From the NCBI RefSeq assembly GCF_006345805.1, contig NW_021832847.1:27263-91262 (forward strand): a stretch of DNA of 64,000 bases, read 5' to 3'. The position numbers and the translations under genes are program-made. Origin of the DNA: Octopus sinensis. Its lineage: Eukaryota. Positions 50,001-64,000 of the stretch are shown here, in pieces. Numbering within the stretch: the stretch's first letter is position 1; each line of letters starts with the position of its first letter. The notes under the pieces were generated by a model that worked only from the letters and a program-made list of their open reading frames with translations, was not told the origin of the DNA and did no database searches.

Positions 50001-53000
50001 ATTAAGAAAAGCATTTGACATACACAGCGGAATGTGAGCTTTCTGTAAATTTTGCTTAATTGGAGTTTAAATTTTAAAAAGTGGACCTGGCAAAACCCGA
50101 TGCATTCTACTCTTAAAAATGCTAAGTAAATTGTAATTGAAGAAATCCTATATTGTAGATTTCTATAACTGACAAAGGGAGGCAGATAAAATCTGCCTTT
50201 TATAATAAGAGATATATAATTTGTATACGTTTATATACATATATATAATTTATATACTTATATATAATTTGTATATATTTGTATAGATATATATAATTTG
50301 TATGTATTTGTATGCATATATATAATTTGTATATTTGTATGCATATATATAATTTGTATATATACATATGCATAGATATATTTTGTATATATTTATATGC
50401 ATATATATAATTTGTATATATTCAAATACATATATATAATTTGTATATATTTATATGCATATATATAATTTGTATATATTTGTATGCATATATATAATTT
50501 GTATATATTTATATGCATATATATCATTTGCATATATTTATATGCATATATATAATTTGTATATTTTTATATGCATATATATAATTTGTATATATTTATA
50601 TGCATATATATAATTTGCATATATTAATATGCATATATATAAATTGTATATATTCATATACATATATATAATTTGTATATATTCATATACGTATATATAA
50701 TTTGTATATCTTCATATACATATATATAATTTGTATATCTACATATACATATATATAATTTGTATATCTTCCTATACGTATATATAATTTGTATATATTT
50801 GTATACATATATATAATTTGTATATCTTAATATACATATATGTAATCTGTGTATCCTCATATACATATATATAATTTGTATATCTTCCTATACATATATA
50901 TAATTTGTATATATTCATATACATATATATAATTTGTATATATTCATATACATATATGTACTTTGTATATCATCATATTCATATATGTAATTTGTATATC
51001 TTCATATACCTATATGTAATTTGTATATTTTCATATACATATATGTAATTTGTATATATTCATATACATATATGTAATTTGTATATCTTCATATACATAT
51101 ATGTAAGTTGTATATCTTCATATACATATATATAATTTGTATATCTTCATATACCTATATGTAATTTGTATATCTTCATATACATATATGTAATTTGTAT
51201 ATCTTCATATACATATATGTAATTTGTATATCTTCATATACATATATGTAATTTGTATATCTTCATATACATATATGTAATTTGTATATATTCATATACA
51301 TATATGTAATTTGTATATATTCATATACATATCTGTAATTTGTATATATTCATATACATATATGTAATTTGGATATATTCATATACATATATGTAATTTG
51401 TATATATTCATATACATATATGATTTGTATATTTTCATATACATATATGTAATCTGTATATATTCATATATATATATATATAATCTGTATATATTCATAT
51501 ACATATATATAATCTGTATATATTCATATACATATATATAATCTGTATATATTCATATACATATATATAATCTGTATATATTGATATACATATATATAAT
51601 CTGTATATATTCATATACATATATATAATTTGTATATATTCATATACATATATATATGTATATATTCATATACATATAATTTGTATATAAACATATACAT
51701 ATATATAATTTGTATATATACATATACATATATAATTTGTATATTTTCATATGCATATATATAATTTGTGTATGTACATATACATATATAGAATTTGTAT
51801 ATATTCATATACATATATATAATTTGTATATATTCCTATACATATATATAATTTGTATATATACATATACATATATATAATTTGTATATATTCATATACA
51901 TATATATAATTTGTATATATACATATACATATATATAATTTGTATATATTCATATACATATATATAATCTCTATATATTCATATACACATATATATTCTG
52001 TATATATTCATATACGTATATATAATTTGTATATATTCATATACATACATATAATCTCTATAAATTCATATATATAATCTGTATATAATCATATACATAT
52101 ATATAATCTCTATATATATTCATATACATATATATAATATGTATATATTCATATACATATATATAATTTGTATATATTCATATACATATATATATTTTGT
52201 ATATATTCATATACGTATATATAATTTGTATATATTTATATATATATGTATATAAATATATACAAATTATATATATAATTATATATAATTTGTATACGTT
52301 TATATACAAATATATAATTTGTATACGTTTATATACATATATATAATTTTATACGTTTATATACAAATATATAATTTGTATACATTTATATACATATATA
52401 TAATTTGTATACGTTTATATACATATATATATAATTTGTATACGTTTATATACATATATATAATTTATATACATATATATAATTTGTATATATTTATATA
52501 CATATATATAATTTGTATGTATTTGTATGCATATATATAATTTATATATATTTCTATGCATATATATAATTTATATATATTTATAGGCATATATATATCT
52601 TGTATATATTTATATGCATTTATATAATTTGTATATATACGATTGCATATATATAATTTGTATATATTTATATGCATATATATAATTTGTATATATTTGT
52701 ATGCATATATATAATTTGTATATATTTATATGCATATATATAATTTGTATATATTCATATACATATATATAAGTTGTATATATTCACATACGTATATATA
52801 AGTTGTATATATTCATATACATATATATAATTTGTATATATTCATATACACATATATAATTTGTATATCTTCATATACATATATATTATGTACATATTCA
52901 TATACATATATATAACTTGTATATTTCATATACATATATATAATTTCTATATATTCATATACATATATGTACTTTGTATATTTTCATATACATATATGTA

Positions 53001-56000
53001 ATTTGTATATCTTCATATACATATATGTAATTTGTATATATTCATATACATATATGAAATTTGTATATATACATATACATATATGTAATTTGTACATCTT
53101 CATATACATATATATAAGTTGTATATATTCATATACATATATGTAATTTGTATATATTCATATACATATATGTAATTTATATATCTTCATATGCATATAT
53201 ATAATTTGTATATCTTCATATACATTTATGTAATTTGTATATCTTCATATACATATATGTAATTTGTATATCTTCATATACATATAAGTAATTTGTATAT
53301 CTTCATATACATATATATACTTTCTATGTCTTCATATACATATATGTAATTTGTATATGTTCATATACATATATGTAATTTGTATATATTCATATACATA
53401 TATATAATCTCTTTATATCCATATACACATATATAATCTGTACATATTCATATACATATATATAATCTGTATATATTCATATACATATATATAATCTGTA
53501 TATATTCATATACATATATATAATCTGTATATATTCATATACAAATATATAATCTGTATATATTCATATGCATATATATAATCTGTATATATTCATATAC
53601 ATATATATAATCTGTGTATATTCATATACATATATATAATCTATATATATTCATATACGTATATATAATATGTATATATTCATATACATATATATAATCT
53701 GTATATATTCATATACATATATATAATCTATATTCATATACATATATATAATCTGTATATATTCATATACGTATAAATAATCTGTATATATTCATATACA
53801 TACATATATTCTCTATAAATTCATATATATAATCTGTATATAATCATATACATATATATAATCTGTATATATATTAATATACATATATATAATATGTATA
53901 TATTCATATACATATATATAACTTGAATATATTCATATACATATATATAATTTGTATATATTCATATACGTATATATAATTTGTATATATTTATATATAT
54001 GTATATAAATATATACAAATTATATATATAATTATATATAATTTGTATACATTTATATACAAATATGTAATTTGTATACGTTTATATACAAATATATAAT
54101 TTGTATACGTTTATATACATATATATAATTTTATACGTTCATATACAAATATATAATTTGTATACATTTATATACATATATATAATTTGTATACGTTTAT
54201 ATACATATATATAATTTATATACATGTCTATAATTTGTATATATTTATATACATATATATAATTTGTATGTATTTGTATGCATATGTATAATTTATATAT
54301 ATTTGTATGCATATATATAATTTGTATATATTTATAGGCATATATATATTTTGTATATATTTATATGCAGTTATATAATTTGTATATATTCAAATGCATA
54401 TATATAATTTATATATATTTGTATGCATATATATAATTTGTATATATTTATAGGCATATATATATATTGTATATATTTATATACATTTATGTAATTTGTA
54501 TATATTCAAATGCATATATATAATTAGTATATATTTATATGCATATATATAATTTGTATATATTTGTATGCATATATATAATTTGTAAATTTTTTTATGC
54601 ATATATATAATTTGCATATATTTATATGCATATATACAATTTGCATATATTTATATGTATATGTAACATTTGTATATATTTATATGCATCTATATAATTT
54701 GTATATGTTCATATGCATATATGTAATTTGTATATATTCATATACATATATATAAGTTGTATATATTCACATACATATATATAAGTTGTATATATTCACA
54801 TACATATATATAATTTGTATATATTCATATACGTATATATAATCTATATATATTCATAAACATACATATATGTATATGAAAATATGCAAATTACATATAT
54901 GTATAAGAAAATATGCAAATTACATATATGTATATGAAAATATACAAATTATATATATGTATATGAAAATATGCAAATTATATATATGTATATGAAAATA
55001 TGCAAATTACATATATGTATATGAAAATATGCAAATTATATATATGTATATGAAAATATGCAAATTACATATATGTATATGAAAATATGCAAATTATATA
55101 TATGTATATGAAAATATGCAAATTATATGTATGTATATGAAAAGATGCAAGTTACATATATGTATATGAAACTATGCAAATTATATATATGTATATGAAA
55201 ATATGCAAATTATATATATGTATATGAAAATATGGAATTCATATATATGCATACAAATTATATATATGTATATAAATGTATACAAATTATATATATGTAT
55301 ATGAAATTATGCAAAGTACATATATGTATATGAAAATATGCAAATTATATATATGTATATGAAAATATGCAACTTATATATATGTATATGAAAATATGCA
55401 AATTACATATATGTATATGAAAATATGCAAATTATATATATGTATATGAAAATATGCAAATTATATGTATGTATAATAAAATATGCAAATTATATATATG
55501 TATATGAAAATATGCAATTTATATATATGCATACAAATTATATATATGTACATAAATGTATACAAATTATATATATGTATATGAAAATATGCAACTTATA
55601 TATATGTATATGAAGATAACCAATTCATATATATGCATACAAATTATATATATGTATATAAATGTATACAAATTATATATATGTATATAAACGTATACAA
55701 ATTATATATATGTATATACACGTATACAAATTAAATATATGTATATAAACGTATACACATTGTATATTTGTATATAAATATATACAAAATATATATAATT
55801 ATATATACAATTGTATATATTTATATACATATATATAATATATACAAATATATATAGTATAATAAATATATACAAATATATATATGTATATAAATATAAA
55901 CAAATTATATATTTGTACGAATATATACAAGTTATATATATGTATATGGATATATACAAATTATATATATGTATATGGATATATACAAATTATCTATATG

Positions 56001-59000
56001 TATATGATAATATACAAGTTATATATATGTATATGAATATATACAAATTATTGATATGTATATGAATATATACAGATTATATATATGTATATGAATATAT
56101 ACAGATTATATATATGTATATGAATATATACAGATTATATATATGTATATGTATATACACAGATTATATATATGTATATGAATATATACAGATTATATAT
56201 ATGTATATGAATATATACAGATTATATATATGTATATGAATATATACAAATTATATATATGTATATGAATATATACATATTATATATATGTATATGAATA
56301 TATACAGTTTATATATATGTATATGAAGATATACAGATTATATATATGCATACAAATTATATATATGTATATAAATGTATACAAATTATATATATGTATA
56401 TAAACGTATACAAATTATATATATGTATATAAACGTATACAAATTGTATATTTGTGTATAAATATATACAAAGTATATATAATTATATTTATAATTTGTA
56501 TATATTTATATACACACATATAAATATATACAAATTATATATATGTATATAAATATATACAAATTATATATATGCATATAAATATATACAAATTATATAT
56601 TTGTATATAAATATATACAAATTATATATTTGTATATAAATATATACAAATTATATATATGTATATGAATATATACAAGTTACATATATGTATATGAATA
56701 TATACAAGTTATATATATGTATATGAATATATGCAAGTTATATATATGTATATGAATATATACAAATTACGTATATAAATATATACAAATTACTTATGTG
56801 TATATGAATATATACAAATTACATATATGTATATGAATATATACAAATTACATATATGTATATGAAAATATGGAAATTACAAATATGTATATGAAAATAT
56901 GCAAATTATATATATGTATATGAAAATATGCAAATTATATATATGTATATGAAAATATGCAAATTACATATATGTATATGAAAATATGCAAATTACATAT
57001 ATGTATATGAAAATATGCAAATTATATATATGTATATGAAAATATGCAAATTATATATATGTATATGAAAATATGCAAATTATATATATGTATATGAAAA
57101 TATGCAAATTACATATATGTATATGAAAATATGCAAATTATATATATGTATATGAAAATATGCAAATTATATAATTTGTATATATTTATATACATATATA
57201 TAATTTGTATATATTTATATATATGTATATAAATATATACAAATTGTATATATAATTATATATATTTTGTATATATTTATATACAAATATACAATGTGTA
57301 TACGTTTATATACATATATTTAATTTGTATACGTTTATATACATATATAATTTGTATACGTTTATATACATATATAATATTGTAATATTTATATACATAT
57401 ATATAATTTGTATACATTTATTACATATATATATGTATATATTGAATTGGCATATATATATATAATTGCATATTTCATATATAATTTGTATGCATTTATA
57501 GACATATATATAATTTCTATGCATATATATGAATTGCATATCTTCATATACATATATATAATTTGCATATTTTCATATACATATATTTAATTTGCATATT
57601 TTCATATACATATTTGTAATTTGCATTTTTTCATATACATATATATAATTTGTATACATTTATATACATATATATAATTTGTATGCATATATATGAATTG
57701 CATATTTTCATATACATATATATAATTTGCATATTTTCATATACATATATATAATTTGCATATTTTCATATACATATATGTAATTTGCATATTTTCATAT
57801 ACATATATATAATTTGCATATTTTCATATACATATATATAATTTGCATATTTTCATATTCATATATGTAATTTGCATATTTTCATATACATATATATAAT
57901 TTGCATATTTTCATATACATATATGTAATTTGCATATTTTCATATACATATATATAATTTGCATATATTCATATACATATATGTAATTTGTATATATTCA
58001 TATACATATAAGTAATTTGTATATATTTATATACATAATTTGTATATATTCATATACATATATATAACTTGTATATATTCATATACATATATATAACTTG
58101 TATATATTCATATACATATATATAATTTGTATATATTTATATACAAATATATAATTTGTATATATTTATATGCATATATATAATTTGTATATATTTATAT
58201 ACATATATATAATTTGTATATATTTATATATATGTATATAAATATATACAAATTATATATATAATTATATATATTTTGTATATATTTATACACAAATATA
58301 CAATTTGTATACGTTTATATACATATATATAATTTGTATACGTTTATATACATATATATAATTTGTATACATTTATATACATATATATAATTTGTATGCA
58401 TATATATAATTTGTATATCTTCATATACATATATATAATTTGCATATTTTCATATACATATATGTAATTTGCATATTTTCATATGCATATATGTCATTTG
58501 TATATATTCATATACATATATGTAATTTGTATATATTCATATACATATATGTAATTTGTATATATTCATATACATATATGTAATTTGTATATATTCATAT
58601 ACATATATGTAATTTGTATATATTCATATACATATAAGTAATTTGTATATATTTATATACATAATTTGTATATATACATATATATAACTTGCATATATTC
58701 ATATACATATATATAACTCGTATATATTCATATACATATATATAACTTGTATATATTCATATACATATATATAATTTGTATATATATTCAAATACATATA
58801 TATAATTTGTATATATTCATACACATATATATAATTTGTATATATTCATATACATATATATAATTTGTATATATTTATATACAAATATATAATTTGTATA
58901 TATTTATATACAAATATATAATTTGTATATATTTATATGCATATATATAATTTGTATATATTTATATACATATATATAATTTGTATATATTTATATACAT

Positions 59001-62000
59001 GTATATATATATACAAATTATATATATATAATTATATATACTTTGTATATATTTATACACAAATATACAATTTGTATACGTTTATATACATATATATAAT
59101 TTGTAAACGTTTATATACATATATATAATTTGTATACGTTTATATACACATATATAATTTGTATACATTTATATACATATATATAATTTGTATGCATTTA
59201 CATACATATATATAATTTGTATGCATACATATAATTTGCATATTTTCATATACATATATATAATTTGCATATTTTCATATACATATATGTAATTTGTATA
59301 TCTTCATATACATATATGTAATTTGTATATCTTCATATACATATATGTAATTTGTATATATTCATATACATATATGTACTTTGTATATATTCATATACAT
59401 ATATATAATCTGTATATATTCATATACATATATATAATCTGTATATATTCATATACATATATATAATCTGTATATATTCATATACATATATATAATCTGT
59501 ATATATTCATATACATATATATAATTTGTATATTATCATATACATATAGATAATTTGTATACATTCATATACATATAGATAATTTGTATATATCCATATA
59601 CATATATATAATTTGTATATATCCATATACATATATCTAACTTGTATATATTCATATACATATATATAATTTGTATATATATTCATTTACATATATATAA
59701 TTTGTATATATTCATACACATATATATAATTTGTATATATTTAAAAATACAAATATATAATTTGTTAATATTTATATACATACATATAATTTGTATATAT
59801 TTATATACATATATATAATTTGTATATATTTATATATATGTATATAAATATATACAGAATATATATATAATTATATATATTTTGTATATATTTATATACA
59901 AATATACAATGTGTATACGTTTATATACATATATTTAATTTCTATACTTTTATATACATATATAATTTGTATACGTTTATATACATATATATAATTTGTA
60001 TACATTTATATACATATATATAATTTGTATACATTTATATACATATATATAATTTGTGTGCATATATATAACTTGCATATCTTCATATACATATATATAA
60101 TTTGCATATTTCCATATACATATATGTAATTTGCATAGTTTCATATACACATATTTCATTTGTATATATTCATATACATATATGTAATTTGTATATATTC
60201 ATATACATATATGTAATTTGTATAAATTCATATACATATATGTAATTTGTATATATTCATATACATATATGTAATTTGTATATATTCATATACATATAAG
60301 TAATTTGTATATATTTATATACATAATTTGTATATATTCATATACATATATATAACTTTCATATATTCATATACATATATATAACTTGTATATATTCATA
60401 TACATATATAAAACTTGTATATATTCATATACATATATATAATTTGTATATATTTATATACAAAAATATAATTTGTATATATATTATACAAATATATAAT
60501 TTGTATATATTTATCTGCATATATAAAATTTGTATTTATTTATATACATATATATAATTTGTATATATTTATATATATGTATATAAATATATGCAAATTA
60601 TATATATTATTATATATACTTTGTATATATTTATACACGAATATAGAATTTGTATACGTTTATATACATATATATAATTTGTATACATTTATATACATAT
60701 ATATAATTTGTATGCATATATATAATTTGTATATCTTCATATACATATATATAATTTGCATCTTTTCATATACATATATATAATTTGCATGTTTTCATAT
60801 ACATATATGTAATTTGTATATCTTCATATACATATAAGTAATTTGTATATCTTCATATACATATATGTAATTTGTATATCTTCATATACATATATGTAAT
60901 TTGTATATCTTCATATACATATATGTAATTTGTATATCTTCATATACATATATGTAATTTGTATATATTCACATACATATATGTACTTTGTATATATTCA
61001 TATACATATATATAATCTGTATATATTCATATACATATATATAATCTGTATATATTCATATACATATATATATAATCTGTATATATTCATATACATATAT
61101 ATAATCTGTATATATTCATATACATATATATAATCTGTATATATTCATATACATATATATAATCTGTATATATTCATATACATATATATAATCTGTATAT
61201 ATTCATATACATATATATAATCTGTATATATTCATATACATATATATAATCTGTATATATTCATATACATATATATAATCTGTTTATATTCATATACATA
61301 TATATTATCTGTATATATTCATATACATATATATAATTTGTATATTATCATATACATATAGATAACTTGTATATATCCATAAACATATATATAAATTGTA
61401 TATATTCATATACATATATATAACTTGTATATATTCATATACATATATATAACTTGTATATATTCATATACATATATATAATTTGTATAAATATTGAAAT
61501 ACATATATATAATTTGTATATATTCATACACATATATATAATTTGTATATATTCATGTGCAAATATATAATTTGTATATATTTATATACAAATATATAAT
61601 TTGTATATATTTATATACAAATATATAATTTGTATATATTTATATATATGTATATAAATATATACAAATTATATATATAATTATATATTCTTTGTATATA
61701 TCTATCTACAAATATACAATTTGTATACGTTTATATACATATATATAATTTGTATACGTTTATATACATAAATATAATTTGTATACGTTTATATACATAT
61801 ATATAATTTGTATACGTTTATATCCATATATATAATTTGTATACATTTATATACATATATATAATTTGTATACATTTATATACATATATATAATTTGTAT
61901 ACATTTATATACATATATATAATTTGTATACATTTATATACATATATATGATTTGTATACATTTATAACATATATATAATTTGTATACATTTATTACATA

Positions 62001-64000
62001 TATATAATTTGTATACATTTATAACATATATATAATTTGTATACCTTTATATACATATATATAATTTGTATACATTTATACATATATCTAATTTGTATAC
62101 ATTTATATACATATATATATTTTGTATACCTTTATATACATATATATAATTTGTAACATATATATAATTTGTATACATATATATAATTTTTATACATATA
62201 TATATTTGTATATATTTTCATTTACATATATATAATTTGTATATATTCATACACATATATATAATTTGTATAATTTAAAAATACAAATATATAATTTGTT
62301 AATATTTATATACATACATATAATTTGTATATATTTATATACATATATATAATTTGTATATATTTATATATATGTATATAAATATATACAGAATATATAT
62401 ATAATTATATATATTTTGTATATATTTATATACAAATATACAATGTGTATACGTTTATATACATATATTTAATTTGTATACTTTTATATACATATATATA
62501 ATTTGTATACGTTTATATACATATATATAATTTGTATACATTTATATACATATATATAATTTGTATACATTTATATACATATATATAATTTGTGTGCATA
62601 TATATAACTTGCATATCTTCATATACATATATATAATTTGCATATTTCCATATACATATATGTAATTTGCATAGTTTCATATACACATATTTCATTTGTA
62701 TATATTCATATACATATATGTAATTTGTATATATTCATATACATATATGTAATTTGTATAAATTCATATACATATATGTAATTTGTATATATTCATATAC
62801 ATATATGTAATTTGTATATATTCATATACATATAAGTAATTTGTATATATTTATATACATAATTTGTATATATTCATATACATATATATAACTTTCATAT
62901 ATTCATATACATATATATAACTTGTATATATTCATATACATATATAAAACTTGTATATATTCATATACATATATATAATTTGTATATATTTATATACAAA
63001 AATATAATTTGTATATATATTATACAAATATATAATTTGTATATATTTATCTGCATATATAAAATTGGATTTTTTATATAAATATATATAATTTGTATAT
63101 ATTTATATATATGTATATAAATATATGCAAATTATATATATTATTATATAACTTGTATATATTTATACACGAATATAGAATTGTATACGTTTATATACAT
63201 ATATAATTTGTATACATTTATATACATATATATAATTGTATGCATATATATAATTTGTATATCTTCATATACATATATATAATTTTTTGATCTTTTATTA
63301 ACATATATATAATTTGCATGTTTTCATATACATATATGTAATTGTATATCTTCATATACATATAAGTAATTTGTATATCTTCATATACATATATGTAATT
63401 TGTATATCTTCATATACATATATGTAATTTGTATATCTTCATATACATATATGTAATTTGTATATCTTCATATACATATATGTAATTTGTATATTTCATC
63501 ATACATATATGTACTTTGTATATATTCATATACATATATAATCTGTATATATTCACTACATATATATAATCTGTATATATTCATATACATATATATATAA
63601 TCTGTATATATTCATATACATATTATAATCTGTATATATTCATATACATATATTAATCTGTATATTTCATATACATATATATATCTGTATATATTCATAT
63701 ACATATATATAATCTGTATATATTCATATACATAATATAATCTGTATATATTCAATACATATATATAATCTGTATATATTCATATACATATATATAATCT
63801 GTTATATTCATATACATATATATTATCTGTATATCTTCATATACATATATATAATTTGTATATTATCATATACATATAGATAACTTGTATATATCCATAA
63901 ACATATATATAATTGTATATATTCATATATAATATAAACTTGTATATATTCATATACATATATATAACTTGTATATATTCATATACATATATATAATTTG
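44030..64000. repeat. AT-rich satellite, 29-bp monomer TTTGTATATATTCATATACATATATATAA and variants
   Basis: The 29-bp period is countable at 47601/47630; the array runs to the window end. Confidence 0.95.
47942..50212 (-). mobile_element. Helitron H7 (type A) inserted in the satellite; longest helicase fragment (48018-48539)
   Basis: TC...CTAG termini at an A|T site with no TSD; 173-aa PIF1-like fragment. Confidence 0.9.

Noticed and set aside
43693-62695. Many Tyr/Ile-rich ORFs
   Set aside because: Translations of the 29-bp satellite and (TA)n.

Overview
Eukaryotic, repeat-dense animal genomic DNA. The SINE, Helitron and microsatellite landscape resembles an octopus or other coleoid cephalopod (inference, not a database hit). 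No prokaryotic-type system is present. One protein-coding gene is well supported: nine minus-strand coding exons (22008 to 829, 1287 nt, 429 codons, all GT-AG and phase-compatible) of pantothenate kinase 4 (PANK4), which runs off the left edge before its C-terminal domain. A probable non-coding first exon lies near 29.3 kb. The introns contain SINEs, LINE 3' fragments (CR1-, RTE- and RLE-type), a Tc1 relic, piggyBac-like MITEs, minisatellites and several near-perfect hairpins. 32.6-40.8 kb is a head-to-tail Helitron cluster. About 44-64 kb is a 29-bp AT-rich satellite with higher-order repeats, an inverted block and one Helitron insertion. Top leads: (1) PANK4 has Trp at the catalytic Arg position while keeping the catalytic Glu, a possible independent route to a pseudokinase; (2) a tRNA-headed SINE carries a Penelope-type minimal hammerhead ribozyme; (3) CTAG|TC Helitron concatemers with nested 5' ends; (4) intronic hairpins and UG/CA tract pairs that could affect editing or splicing. 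Exon coordinates were counted base by base; most repeat boundaries are approximate.
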